IMG/VR virus record: IMGVR_UViG_3300040801_001158
Coordinates: 73,359-137,358 of that record
Source of the DNA: a virus
Taxonomy: Duplodnaviria; Heunggongvirae; Uroviricota; Caudoviricetes
Strand: one strand, 5' to 3'
Length of the DNA: 64,000 bases
A program made the position numbers and the translations under genes. Under the pieces are notes generated by a model. It searched no databases. It had not been told where the DNA came from and worked only from the letters and a program-made list of their open reading frames with translations. Below are positions 26,127-35,504 of the stretch, piece after piece. Every line of letters begins with the position of its first letter. The stretch's first letter is position 1.

Positions 26127-27836
26127 ATGTTTGCAAGTTTAACAACAGATGCATATAAGCTTTTCCACAAAGAAGCATATCGCGATGGAATAACACAAGT
26201 ATATTCAAACTATACAAACCGCAGTGGCCGTCTGAGTAATATCACAAATGGTCAAGATGGTGTTGTATTTGTTGGATTACAATATTTCATTAAAGATTCA
26301 CTAATCAAAGCATGGAATGAAACATTCTTCAACGTACCCGAAGATGTGGCAATTTCATATCTTAGAAAATTCACAAAAGCATTGCTTGGTTTCGATTACA
26401 ATGTTGACCACTTTATTGCTTTACACAAACTTGGTTATTTACCAATTGAAATTAAAGCTTTACCAGAGGGTTCAGTAGTACCTTATGGTGTTCCACCAAT
26501 GACATTCAGGAACACTCACTCAGATTTTAATTGGCTGCCAAATTATTTAGAAACAGTAACTTCTACGGAACTCTGGGGAATCCAAACAAGCGCAACTACA
26601 AGTCGTGCATATTTGAAAAATACCAAGAAAATGTTTAAAGACATTGGTATTCCTGACGACCTATTATTGTTCATGAATCACGACTTTTCAATGCGTGGTA
26701 TGTTTGGTAAACAGGCATCTGCAATGAGTGGTTTTGGTCACCTGTGTGGTAGTGCCGGAACAGACACTTTACCTGCAATCATGTTTGCTGAAGAATATTA
26801 CAATGCTGATATTGAAAATGAATTAGTTGGTGTATCTGTACCAGCAACTGAACACAGTACAGCAACATCATTTATCATGTCATACGCTGAAGAGCATGGT
26901 GTATCTAAGCTTGAAGCTGAAATTGCATATGTTAAATACTTGTTTACAAAAGTTCCAACTGGTATTATGTCGCATGTATCAGATTCATTTGACTTCTGGG
27001 ATTTTGTTGAAAAAGGTCTGCCTCAGTTAAAAGATGCAATCATGGCTCGTGAAGGCAAGTTCGTTATTCGCCCAGATAGTGGTGACCCTGTTGAAGTTTT
27101 ATGTGGCCGTGAATTTAAAGTTGTCGAATCTAAAGAAGACGCAGTAGACACTTTAGACTCATATATTAGAGATAACCATGACCCATATGATTGTGGCATG
27201 GATGCTATTGATTATTTTTATATTGATGGAACAGCGTATAAAGTAACATATTCGCCAGAATTTAATCGACATGATAAAACTTATTATTATATTGATAACT
27301 ATAAAGACGACGTTACATATGCTACATTTGAAGAGATCACATTAACTGCTGAAGATAAAGGTTTAATCCAATGCCTGTATGAGCAATTCCCTGGTGGCGA
27401 AACTGAGAAAGGTTTCAAATTACTTGCTGACCAGATTGGTGCAATCTATGGTGACTCAATTACACTTGAACGTCAAGCAGAAATCTATGCAAGACTTATG
27501 GCAAAAGGTTTCGCTCCATTGGTTGTACTTGGTGTTGGTTCATATTCATATCAGTTCGTTACTCGTGACACTCACGGTTCAGCGGTCAAAGCAACTCATG
27601 TAGTCCGCAATGGCCAAGGTGTTGATGTTTTCAAAGACCCTAAAACTGACTCTAAGAAAAAGTCTGCGAAAGGTCTATTAAGAGTTGAATTTGAACACGG
27701 CCGATTTGTACTGTATGACCAACAAACACCTGAGCAAGAAACTGAAGGTCTGTTGGAAACCGTTTTCATTAACGGTGAACTGACAAGAGAAACTACTCTA
27801 AATGATATTCGTTCAAGAATCATCGAAGGTCTATAA
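26127..27836 (+). CDS. nadV: nicotinamide phosphoribosyltransferase (NAMPT/NadV family), 569 aa
   Basis: N-terminal TDAYKLFH resembles TDSYKVTH. HDFSMRGM and RPDSGDP motifs present. Confidence 0.7.
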   Translation: MFASLTTDAYKLFHKEAYRDGITQVYSNYTNRSGRLSNITNGQDGVVFVGLQYFIKDSLIKAWNETFFNVPEDVAISYLRKFTKALLGFDYNVDHFIALHKLGYLPIEIKALPEGSVVPYGVPPMTFRNTHSDFNWLPNYLETVTSTELWGIQTSATTSRAYLKNTKKMFKDIGIPDDLLLFMNHDFSMRGMFGKQASAMSGFGHLCGSAGTDTLPAIMFAEEYYNADIENELVGVSVPATEHSTATSFIMSYAEEHGVSKLEAEIAYVKYLFTKVPTGIMSHVSDSFDFWDFVEKGLPQLKDAIMAREGKFVIRPDSGDPVEVLCGREFKVVESKEDAVDTLDSYIRDNHDPYDCGMDAIDYFYIDGTAYKVTYSPEFNRHDKTYYYIDNYKDDVTYATFEEITLTAEDKGLIQCLYEQFPGGETEKGFKLLADQIGAIYGDSITLERQAEIYARLMAKGFAPLVVLGVGSYSYQFVTRDTHGSAVKATHVVRNGQGVDVFKDPKTDSKKKSAKGLLRVEFEHGRFVLYDQQTPEQETEGLLETVFINGELTRETTLNDIRSRIIEGL

Positions 27837-27853
27837 ACTCTCCCTCCTCTATG

Positions 27854-27877
27854 GGGTACATTCGTGCCCCTTTTTTT
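27854..27877 (+). terminator. rho-independent terminator after nadV
   Basis: ggggtac-attc-gtgcccc followed by ttttttt. Confidence 0.55.
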
Positions 27878-28490
27878 ATTTCAAAAATTCTTTCACGATT
27901 GCAGGCATATCGCCACGTAGTTTTATTACCATGATAGCGTTATGTGCTGTTTGGTCAACGTAAGTTATTTCTTTATTTGCAGCCTTGAATAACTCGCATT
28001 GGTGGCTATCATCAGCGTCAGTTCCAAAGAAAATCTTAAAATCAGTTTTGCATTCTAACGTCGCAAACGTAGGCCATCTTATTAATTGTATTCTACTCGT
28101 GAGATGTTTCCATCTTGAGTCATTATACGGGTCTGCTTGTGGAACAAACGAGTAAACTCTTTCTATATCTGGTCTGAAGTGGGAAGCAAGCAAAGCACCA
28201 CATCCACCCATACTATTACCAATCGCAAAAATACGCTTACAACCAGAATCTTTTAAGTGCTGAATAGCCATATCTAAAATATCTTCAAATCTTCCATTAT
28301 TCCACCAGCTGCGTTTAGTGTCTTTGATAAAAACTAAAGAGGCTTTTCCTTCAAACGTGTTACTAAATTCGTTGATTAGTTTTCCACCTCTAGGTCCACC
28401 AACACCACAAAAAGATAACACGCCAATTTCACTACCTTCTAGGAGTTTGTCATTTAATTCATAATTCTCATCTACATATATGTCGCTCAT
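27876..28490 (-). CDS. alpha/beta-hydrolase (esterase/lipase-like), 204 aa; the only minus-strand gene in the early block
   Basis: Nucleophile elbow GNSMGG (GxSxG). Confidence 0.55.
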   Translation of the reverse strand: MSDIYVDENYELNDKLLEGSEIGVLSFCGVGGPRGGKLINEFSNTFEGKASLVFIKDTKRSWWNNGRFEDILDMAIQHLKDSGCKRIFAIGNSMGGCGALLASHFRPDIERVYSFVPQADPYNDSRWKHLTSRIQLIRWPTFATLECKTDFKIFFGTDADDSHQCELFKAANKEITYVDQTAHNAIMVIKLRGDMPAIVKEFLK

Positions 28491-28529
28491 TTATATCTCC
28501 TTTTATTTTCAATATTTATTAAATAAGTG

Positions 28530-28558
28530 TTGACATTTTGTTCTTAGTATGTTATAAT
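28530..28558 (+). promoter_or_regulatory. early promoter-leader cassette
   Basis: ttgacattttgttcttagtatgttataat. Confidence 0.55.
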
Positions 28559-28588
28559 AGTCTCATAAGTTAATAGAGGAATTACATT

Positions 28589-28888
28589 ATGAATTTATAT
28601 AAACAGTGTTTTGGTAGTGACTTTGAACTTGGTTTTGATTTAAACGAATTTCCATTTCTTGAAGATGTCAGTTATAAAAATGACGCTTGCCCATCATTCA
28701 TGTTTAAATCTGGTGATTCATACTACAGACTGTGGGTTGACTTTGAAAGTCACTATGACCGTGAAGAAGACATATGTAGATATAGTTTAAATCGTTACGA
28801 AGACGAAGAATTAAACGACCTTATTGAAAACATCAAAGACGCTGAATATTTTTCTGAGATGAAAGAATTTTTAAATAAATTAAAATAA
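28589..28888 (+). CDS. hypothetical acidic protein (99 aa)
   Basis: ORF. Confidence 0.45.
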   Translation: MNLYKQCFGSDFELGFDLNEFPFLEDVSYKNDACPSFMFKSGDSYYRLWVDFESHYDREEDICRYSLNRYEDEELNDLIENIKDAEYFSEMKEFLNKLK

Positions 28889-28891
28889 GTG

Positions 28892-28920
28892 TTGACATAT
28901 TCTTATGAATGTGATATAAT
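28892..28920 (+). promoter_or_regulatory. early promoter-leader cassette
   Basis: ttgacatattcttatgaatgtgatataat. Confidence 0.55.
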
Positions 28921-28951
28921 AGCTACATAAAATAAGGAAAGGAATTAAAAC

Positions 28952-29137
28952 ATGAGTCAAATAGCTGAAGGTTTCAAAGATAAAGGTTTAGTTGGTAGCG
29001 AAGTAACTTGGTCTACTAGTTATGAACCCGATGAAAATCAAAAAGCTGAAATTGAGCGTAAAGAAAAACTTCGTAAAGAATTTCAACCTGCTGCAAAACG
29101 TCTTGCTGCTGAAATGTTCGCGAAAATGGGAAAATAG
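28952..29137 (+). CDS. hypothetical protein (61 aa)
   Basis: ORF. Confidence 0.4.
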   Translation: MSQIAEGFKDKGLVGSEVTWSTSYEPDENQKAEIERKEKLRKEFQPAAKRLAAEMFAKMGK

Positions 29138-29139
29138 TT

Positions 29140-29325
29140 ATGAAAAGACCAACAATGAGCCACGCTTTAAACCAAGAACACCTTGACGAGCTCACGAGAA
29201 ATTATATCATTTATATGGAAGTGCAGGTTGAAAAACTCGTAATAGAAAACGAGAAACTGAAGAAAAAACTAAATGATCCAGTTATAACTATGCGGTCAGC
29301 TGAATCTTTGAAACTTTGGAAATAA
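29140..29325 (+). CDS. hypothetical protein (61 aa)
   Basis: ORF. Confidence 0.4.
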   Translation: MKRPTMSHALNQEHLDELTRNYIIYMEVQVEKLVIENEKLKKKLNDPVITMRSAESLKLWK

Positions 29326-29490
29326 TTATGGATGAAGCCATCGCAAAATATCTTAAAGAAAACTTGACTATTGAAATTCGGCAAAACACTGAGTTTGGCC
29401 CTAATGAAATAATCACAGTAGAACTTCGTTTGAATGGTGAATTAATTAGCGATGATTGGTGTTCTTTACCCAGTAGCGGAGATTAATATC

Positions 29491-29796
29491 ATGAAAATCG
29501 AAAAAACCGAATTTTTTATTGCTAAAGGTAGATTGTTTGAATTGCTTAAGCGTCATTATTCAATTGCTGCTGAAATACAAGTATCGTTTGGTAGAATGTT
29601 TAATACCAAAAAATACCAAAGAAAATTGCGTCATGTGAGAGTTTTGAATTTCCGCTATCACAAAAAAATAGCTAAGATCATTAAAGAAAATAATTTAGAT
29701 TGGTGCGCATGGGAAGTTAAGATGGTTGGCTCAGTGAACCTCTATGATGTCATGGATGGAAACCGCCAAAAATACAGAATACTTAGGAAGCCGTAA
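29491..29796 (+). CDS. hypothetical basic protein (101 aa)
   Basis: ggagattaatatcATG. Confidence 0.4.
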   Translation: MKIEKTEFFIAKGRLFELLKRHYSIAAEIQVSFGRMFNTKKYQRKLRHVRVLNFRYHKKIAKIIKENNLDWCAWEVKMVGSVNLYDVMDGNRQKYRILRKP

Positions 29797-30017
29797 TGAA
29801 AGTTCAGTTTGAAAGGTCTGACTTAGATGTTTTAATTGGTCTGCATACGCAAGAAACCATTAGCGCAATATTAGTATCTGAAAATGATTATGCGTATCTT
29901 TATGATGAGTTCAAAGCAAGAAGTTGTATTCTTAAAGAAGACGATTGGTGGTTCAAAACTACATATGGATTCTCAGTACATCATGACACATTACAAGAAG
30001 ATTATTTTACAAATTAG
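29796..30017 (+). CDS. hypothetical protein (73 aa)
   Basis: ORF. Confidence 0.4.
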   Translation: MKVQFERSDLDVLIGLHTQETISAILVSENDYAYLYDEFKARSCILKEDDWWFKTTYGFSVHHDTLQEDYFTN

Positions 30018-30034
30018 TTAAAGGAAATTATATT

Positions 30035-30523
30035 ATGATAGATTGGTCAAAACAAATACCGGGTGTACATCAGGCGGACGCGGTAACCATGTTAAACGCT
30101 ATGCCTGACTTGGCAGAAGTCATTAAAGACTTTCCTGAAAATCCCGACGACTTTATTTGGGATGTTAAAGTGCATATGCTTATGCCTTCACAGTGGCCTT
30201 GTATACCAAATTGGCATTACGATAACATTCCTAGGGTTAATAACAAACAAGACTTTGATAATTTACAAGTAGATAAACCAATGTACTTATACATTTCTAA
30301 TGAACCTCTAACTGAGTTTAGAAAAACTGGTAAAGTAAAAGCTGGTGAATGGCACAGATTTACTCAAGAAGATGAGCATAGAGGAACTATGTCTGAAAAA
30401 TTCCAATGGAGAGGTTTTATTAGAGCTACACATAAAGATATTGCACCTTCAATTAAAAGAGGTCATAATCCAATAAGAGTTCACTCTCAAGTTTATTTGG
30501 ACGTTAATAATTTTAGTTGGTAA
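30035..30523 (+). CDS. hypothetical protein (162 aa)
   Basis: ORF. Confidence 0.4.
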   Translation: MIDWSKQIPGVHQADAVTMLNAMPDLAEVIKDFPENPDDFIWDVKVHMLMPSQWPCIPNWHYDNIPRVNNKQDFDNLQVDKPMYLYISNEPLTEFRKTGKVKAGEWHRFTQEDEHRGTMSEKFQWRGFIRATHKDIAPSIKRGHNPIRVHSQVYLDVNNFSW

Positions 30524-30538
30524 TTAATGAAAATAATT

Positions 30539-30568
30539 GTTGACATTTTCTTCTGATTAGATTATAAT
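30539..30568 (+). promoter_or_regulatory. early promoter-leader cassette
   Basis: ttgacattttcttctgattagattataatagatacataaattgaggaaaggaattaaattATG. Confidence 0.55.
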
Positions 30569-30599
30569 AGATACATAAATTGAGGAAAGGAATTAAATT

Positions 30600-30881
30600 A
30601 TGAGAAAATCATTTGAAGACGAAGTAATGGAATTTGCAGACGATATCGTAATCACAGGTGTATTTAGAAATAGAATAGCCTCGTGGTCAAGCCCAAGAAA
30701 AAAAATTAATCTTCAAGTTTTCACTGTGACCGCTATGGGAAATGAACCTGGGTCAGTAAACTACGATCCTAGCGTCAGATTCATTAATGGATGTTCGTAT
30801 GAAGTCCATTATAACGGTGAAGTATATACCGCAGATTTTGAATCTCAAGTGAAACAAATTATTAAGCAGGTGATGTTATGA
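30600..30881 (+). CDS. hypothetical protein (93 aa)
   Basis: ORF. Confidence 0.45.
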   Translation: MRKSFEDEVMEFADDIVITGVFRNRIASWSSPRKKINLQVFTVTAMGNEPGSVNYDPSVRFINGCSYEVHYNGEVYTADFESQVKQIIKQVML

Positions 30882-30926
30882 GTCCAATTCATGACTTAGT
30901 TGACATAGAATACGAGGACATTTAAT

Positions 30927-31376
30927 ATGAAACAGAATATGTTAGCAAAGGCAATAGATATTGCATCTAAGGCGCATTTAAAACAAACAGATAAAGCAGG
31001 TAAAGCCTATATACTTCACCCTCTTCGTTTAATGTTTCGGTTAAGAACTGATGACGAAGAACTAATGCAAATTGCCGTGTTACATGATGTTATTGAAGAT
31101 TCGGATTGGACACTAGGCGAACTACTCGACGAAGGTTTTACGTCAAGAGTTATTTCTGCTCTTCAATGCTTAACACATCTACCTCATGAACCATATGAAG
31201 ATTATATTGAACGCATAGGTAATAACATTGATGCAATTTATGTTAAGAAAGAAGACCTTCGAGATAACAGTGATATCACTCGTTTAAAAGGTGTTACTGA
31301 AAAGGACTTGCTAAGAATGCAAAAATATCATAAAGCTTTCGTTCGATTAACTGAACTTGAGAAAGGTTTTAAATAA
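30927..31376 (+). CDS. HD-domain hydrolase resembling the RelA/SpoT (p)ppGpp-hydrolase domain (small alarmone hydrolase-like), 149 aa
   Basis: KAHLKQTDKAGKAYILHPLRL resembles AHxGQxRxSGEPYIxHPL. AVLHDVIEDSDWTLGEL resembles AALLHDVIEDT. Confidence 0.55.
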   Translation: MKQNMLAKAIDIASKAHLKQTDKAGKAYILHPLRLMFRLRTDDEELMQIAVLHDVIEDSDWTLGELLDEGFTSRVISALQCLTHLPHEPYEDYIERIGNNIDAIYVKKEDLRDNSDITRLKGVTEKDLLRMQKYHKAFVRLTELEKGFK

Positions 31377-31571
31377 ATGACGATGCCAACTGAAAGATAT
31401 GACGCAGTTGAAAGAACAAGAAACTTTCTATATCGAATTAGTCTAGACTATGCTAATTCTCCTGATCTTAGGCAAGAAGCGCACCGCTGTCTAAAACACT
31501 TTCCTGAAAAATATCATATGACCGTTGCTAGAGAAGAATGCCCAGAAATATTTGGAGAAAGCAATGATTAA
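31377..31571 (+). CDS. hypothetical protein (64 aa)
   Basis: ORF. Confidence 0.4.
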   Translation: MTMPTERYDAVERTRNFLYRISLDYANSPDLRQEAHRCLKHFPEKYHMTVAREECPEIFGESND

Positions 31572-31887
31572 AGTAAATTTAGAGTTTAACGATGATAGTG
31601 CAGTCGCAGACTGGAACGCAAAACAGCAATATTTAGATGATCTTGCAATTGCTAAAGAATGCGCAAGAAAGGGAATGGTATTCACATTTTCCATATCAAC
31701 ATCAATCCAATTTCAGTTGATACGTGTAGGAATAGTAAAAGGCGATATTGAACCTTTAACATTTAAATGGAAAGGCAAAGAAATTGCCATTAATCACCAA
31801 GGACAAGTATCCGAGTGGCCAGAAGGTTTCTTTGATGAATTGATGAATATAACAAAATTTTTAATTGGTTGGTCAAATAATAGTTGA
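31564..31887 (+). CDS. hypothetical protein (107 aa)
   Basis: ggagaaagcaATG. Confidence 0.4.
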   Translation: MIKVNLEFNDDSAVADWNAKQQYLDDLAIAKECARKGMVFTFSISTSIQFQLIRVGIVKGDIEPLTFKWKGKEIAINHQGQVSEWPEGFFDELMNITKFLIGWSNNS

Positions 31888-31912
31888 CATATTCCTTTGA
31901 TTAGATTATAAT
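31884..31912 (+). promoter_or_regulatory. early promoter-leader cassette
   Basis: ttgacatattcctttgattagattataat. Confidence 0.55.
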
Positions 31913-31942
31913 AGATCTATAAATTGAAAAAGGAAATACATT

Positions 31943-32344
31943 ATGAAGATTAAAACTGAAGCTGTTGTTAATGTTGCTGGAACTGTAAGTCTTTCAGAAA
32001 CCGCTTTTAACGACATACCAGATTTTGAGCCGACTATTGGTTGGTTTTCGAACAAATACAACGCGGCTGGTTGGTTAGTAACTGACCTTGATAATGGTGA
32101 AATTGATTGGTTAGCATCTGAAGGTATTTCCTATAATGAAATTGCAACAATTAAAAGAACTATTACTGACGGTGGAAGAACTTCTTTATGTAAATTTGAT
32201 TTGGTAAAAGGTACTTACGCTTTCCTTGATAATGAAGTTCTTAACGAAACTGGTGAAATAAAGTTTGATAGGAAAACTTATTTCAGACGGTTTAAAGTTG
32301 AGAATTCTCAACTTGCGCTAGAAACATTTGGAATTGAATTATAA
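31943..32344 (+). CDS. hypothetical protein (133 aa)
   Basis: ORF. Confidence 0.45.
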   Translation: MKIKTEAVVNVAGTVSLSETAFNDIPDFEPTIGWFSNKYNAAGWLVTDLDNGEIDWLASEGISYNEIATIKRTITDGGRTSLCKFDLVKGTYAFLDNEVLNETGEIKFDRKTYFRRFKVENSQLALETFGIEL

Positions 32345-32394
32345 TGGCAAAAGTATTTTTTATTAGTGATGTTCATTTTGGACATAAGTTTTAA
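32344..32394 (+). pseudogene. duplicated 5' fragment (16 codons, MAKVFFISDVHFGHKF*) of the metallophosphatase gene. It is left upstream of the inserted HNH gene.
   Basis: Near-identical to the start of the gene at 33280 (MAKVFFISDCHF...). Confidence 0.5.
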
Positions 32395-32425
32395 CACATT
32401 ATAAATAATAGTAAATAATAATAAT

Positions 32426-33280
32426 GTGGAATATACAATTATGCCAAAAGTTAATAAATTGTGCCCAGTATGTGATAAAACATATTTTACGTACAACACA
32501 AATCAAAAAACGTGCTCTGTGAGCTGTATGGGTATATATCAGACAGGAAAAAATAATCCAAATTATGGAAACAATTGGAGCGAAGAACAAAGACAAAAAG
32601 CTTCCAATTATTTTAAGAGTATATCTCATAAAATCTCTGAAAGAGTTAAAGAAGATTGGGCAAATGACGAAGAAAGGAAGCAGCGAGCTTCAGAGTTAAT
32701 GTCTCAAACTATGTCTCAAATGATTGGTGAAAAAAACCATTTTTATAATAAAACGCATACAGAAGAAACTAAAAATGTGATAGGAAACAAATCAAAAAAT
32801 AAATTTACTATTGAATATAACAATTCCTATCGAAAAACTATGGAAGATAGGGGTCATTGGATTCCATTAGATCAAAAACCAGAAAAAGAAATATATTTTA
32901 AAGAGTCCAATTGGATTAATAAAATGTTTGATATAGTCCCTAATGGAATTCAACTCTTGAATGAACATGGAATGTTTCACTGCTCGTTAAATAAAAACGG
33001 AGTTGTTAGGGATCATATTGTTGGTAGAAAACATGGTTTTGAAATTAAAGTGTTTCCTGAGATTATGAGACACCCATGTAATTGCCAGATCATTACACAT
33101 AAAGAAAATATCTCTAAAGGTCAAAAAGGCAAAAACAGACCGGATAGAGATATTGAGATAAAGGAATTATTTGAAAGAATTAAGTCATATAACGGAAAGT
33201 GGCTTGAACAAAAATTAGTATTATCACTTATAAAGGATTATGAAAGTGGTAAACGTTGGAAATTAAGGAGGAGTCCCTAA
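32426..33280 (+). CDS. HNH homing endonuclease with N-terminal zinc finger and NUMOD-like repeats, 284 aa
   Basis: CPVCDK...CSVSC zinc finger; NPNYGNNWSEEQRQKAS; HNH region HIVGRKHG...HPCNCQIITHKEN. Confidence 0.6.
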   Translation: MEYTIMPKVNKLCPVCDKTYFTYNTNQKTCSVSCMGIYQTGKNNPNYGNNWSEEQRQKASNYFKSISHKISERVKEDWANDEERKQRASELMSQTMSQMIGEKNHFYNKTHTEETKNVIGNKSKNKFTIEYNNSYRKTMEDRGHWIPLDQKPEKEIYFKESNWINKMFDIVPNGIQLLNEHGMFHCSLNKNGVVRDHIVGRKHGFEIKVFPEIMRHPCNCQIITHKENISKGQKGKNRPDRDIEIKELFERIKSYNGKWLEQKLVLSLIKDYESGKRWKLRRSP

Positions 33281-33808
33281 TGGCTAAAGTATTTTTTATT
33301 AGCGACTGCCATTTTCGGCCATAGAAATATTTGTTCATACCGACCGAGATTCTCGTCAGTCGACGAACATGACAATTTAATCTATGACAACATATTGTCT
33401 ACAGTCGGCAAACGTGATACATTGTGGATGTTGGGTGATACTTGCTTTGTGCAAGAAAGATTCGCTATGATTCAAACCATTAGTGAAAAGATTGGTCACT
33501 TCCATTACATCCCTGGTAATCATGATACAGACAATGGCAATTGCCAAACAATGTATAAGGAAATGGTCAAACGTGACTTCTTTTCCAAGACTGGGTCTAT
33601 GTTTAAATACAAAGGTTTCTGGTTAACCCATCCTCCAATCCATCCAACTGAACTTCGTGGTTGTCCTAACATACATGGACATACGCACGGTGTTCAGATG
33701 AGACTTGAGAATGGTGACCTAGATAAGCGCTATGTTAACGTCTGTGTTGAACATACAAATTACGCTCCAATAAACTTTGAACTTATCAAGGAAATGCAAT
33801 ATGACTAA
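33280..33808 (+). pseudogene. calcineurin-like metallophosphoesterase (Ser/Thr phosphatase-like) gene disrupted by a +1 frameshift (extra C near 33316) just after codon 12
   Basis: Motifs FFISDCHFGH (GDxHG), IPGNHD and GHTHGV. The N-terminal 12 codons are in one frame and the remainder (ORF 33395..33808) in the next. Confidence 0.5.
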
Positions 33809-34031
33809 AGATAACTTCTTTCAATACAACGAGGGCACAAGACACATTGAGCCGTGCGAAAAAGACGATGCAGACTATGCAAGTATCGAATTGTATAACA
33901 AGCTGCTACATGCACATGAAAAACTACTTACTGAAAATCTTGAATTGATTAACATCATTGAAGATTCAGGTGTAGACGTAGAAGAAATTTTAGAAGCAAA
34001 ACAATCAAACTAAACTAAAGGAAACTATATA

Positions 34032-34892
34032 ATGCAACAACTACCAATCAAAACAATCGTAAGCTCTATCATAGGTTTTATTGGCCTTGTCCTTTTATGG
34101 TTAAGCTGGTATACCGTACAAGAAGGTCATGTTGGAATCGTAAAAACATTCTCAGAAGGAAGCTCTCAAGTTGGACCAGGGCTGAACTTTAAAATTCCTT
34201 TGGCTCAAACTGTTGAAGAAATTGAAGTTCGTACTCGAAAGAATGAAGAAAATATGACATCAAGTACTGCTGAACAGATGCCTGTTACAGTAAGTGTGTC
34301 AGTTAACTGGACCGTAGATAAAGCAGCTGCGTTGGATTTGTTTAAACAATATGGTGGACTATCTCAGTTTGAAAATCGTATTTTAGACCCACGATTCCGT
34401 TCAGCTACTAAGGATGTTATTCCAAAGTTTACAGCTGAACAGTTAATACAAGACCGTAGTAATGCTATCATGCGAATTGAAGCTATGCTTATTGAAGAAA
34501 TGGCTCCATTCCCAGTCAAGGTTGATAATATTCAAATTGAAAATATTACCTTGCCACCAAAGTACTTGCAATCAATTGAAACAAAACAGACTGCTAAAAA
34601 CTTAGCTGATGCTGAACAGTTTAATCTTAATAAACAAGCCCTGGTTGCTCAGCAAGGTGTTAACTTAGCAAGAGCACAAGCTGACGGTATTAACCTAGTT
34701 GCTCAAGCTGAAGCAAATTCAATTCGATTAAAAGGTGAAGCTGAAGCTGACTCAATTCGAGCAAAAGCTGCAGCACTAAAAAGTAACCCACTTATTGTTG
34801 ACTTGACTGAAGCGCAGCAATGGAATGGTCAATTACCAACAACCATCCTTGGTGAAGGTGGTATGCCAATCCTTGACATGCGCAAAAATTAA
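34032..34892 (+). CDS. SPFH/band-7 (prohibitin/HflK/C-like) membrane protein, 286 aa
   Basis: N-terminal TM helix, then VQEGHVGIVKTF...GPGLNFKIPLAQTVEEIEVRT, an SPFH signature. C-terminal coiled coil. Confidence 0.55.
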   Translation: MQQLPIKTIVSSIIGFIGLVLLWLSWYTVQEGHVGIVKTFSEGSSQVGPGLNFKIPLAQTVEEIEVRTRKNEENMTSSTAEQMPVTVSVSVNWTVDKAAALDLFKQYGGLSQFENRILDPRFRSATKDVIPKFTAEQLIQDRSNAIMRIEAMLIEEMAPFPVKVDNIQIENITLPPKYLQSIETKQTAKNLADAEQFNLNKQALVAQQGVNLARAQADGINLVAQAEANSIRLKGEAEADSIRAKAAALKSNPLIVDLTEAQQWNGQLPTTILGEGGMPILDMRKN

Positions 34893-34904
34893 TCTAAACA
34901 ACTG

Positions 34905-34926
34905 CCCTCCTTGTGAGGGTTTTTTC
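34905..34926 (+). terminator. rho-independent terminator
   Basis: ccctcc-ttgt-gaggg followed by ttttttc. Confidence 0.6.
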
Positions 34927-34977
34927 TTAATGAAATTGTATATAATACAAATAAGTGACATTTTTTTGGATAATAAA

Positions 34978-35274
34978 ATGAGAACAGTTTTACATGTTGG
35001 CAATAGTCTTGAAGATGCTGAAAGAATAAGAAGAGATTATGTTAACATATACGATTATCTTAACATTGATTATAATTCATGGCACAACAGAATAGAAATT
35101 CCTTCAGAAAACAAATGCATAAAGTTTATTTCTATGGATAGTCTAGACAGAATACGAGGTTACACTCCAACTGATATTATTATTGATGATTATGTAAATA
35201 TGAATACATATGCAATTTCAATCTTGCATAAACACAATTTAATAGATATTAACGAGGACGGTAGTTTAAAGTAG
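34978..35274 (+). CDS. hypothetical protein (98 aa)
   Basis: ggataataaaATG. Confidence 0.4.
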   Translation: MRTVLHVGNSLEDAERIRRDYVNIYDYLNIDYNSWHNRIEIPSENKCIKFISMDSLDRIRGYTPTDIIIDDYVNMNTYAISILHKHNLIDINEDGSLK

Positions 35275-35423
35275 TGGAAACAAGAAAAAGAAGAAATACG
35301 CATGTTAAGAAACAATCATGATGCTGAGAATATTGATAAGTTAAACGAAGAACTAGACGATATCGAAGACGCTCTTGACGAATTAGAAAAAGATATAATG
35401 GAAAAATAAATTTTAAATAATTG

Positions 35424-35452
35424 TTGACATTTGCCACTTAGTATGATATAAT
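35424..35452 (+). promoter_or_regulatory. early promoter-leader cassette
   Basis: ttgacatttgccacttagtatgatataatagtctcataaattgataaaa. Confidence 0.55.
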
Positions 35453-35504
35453 AGTCTCATAAATTGATAAAAACTTTTAATTAAACTTGATAGGAAACTA
35501 TATT

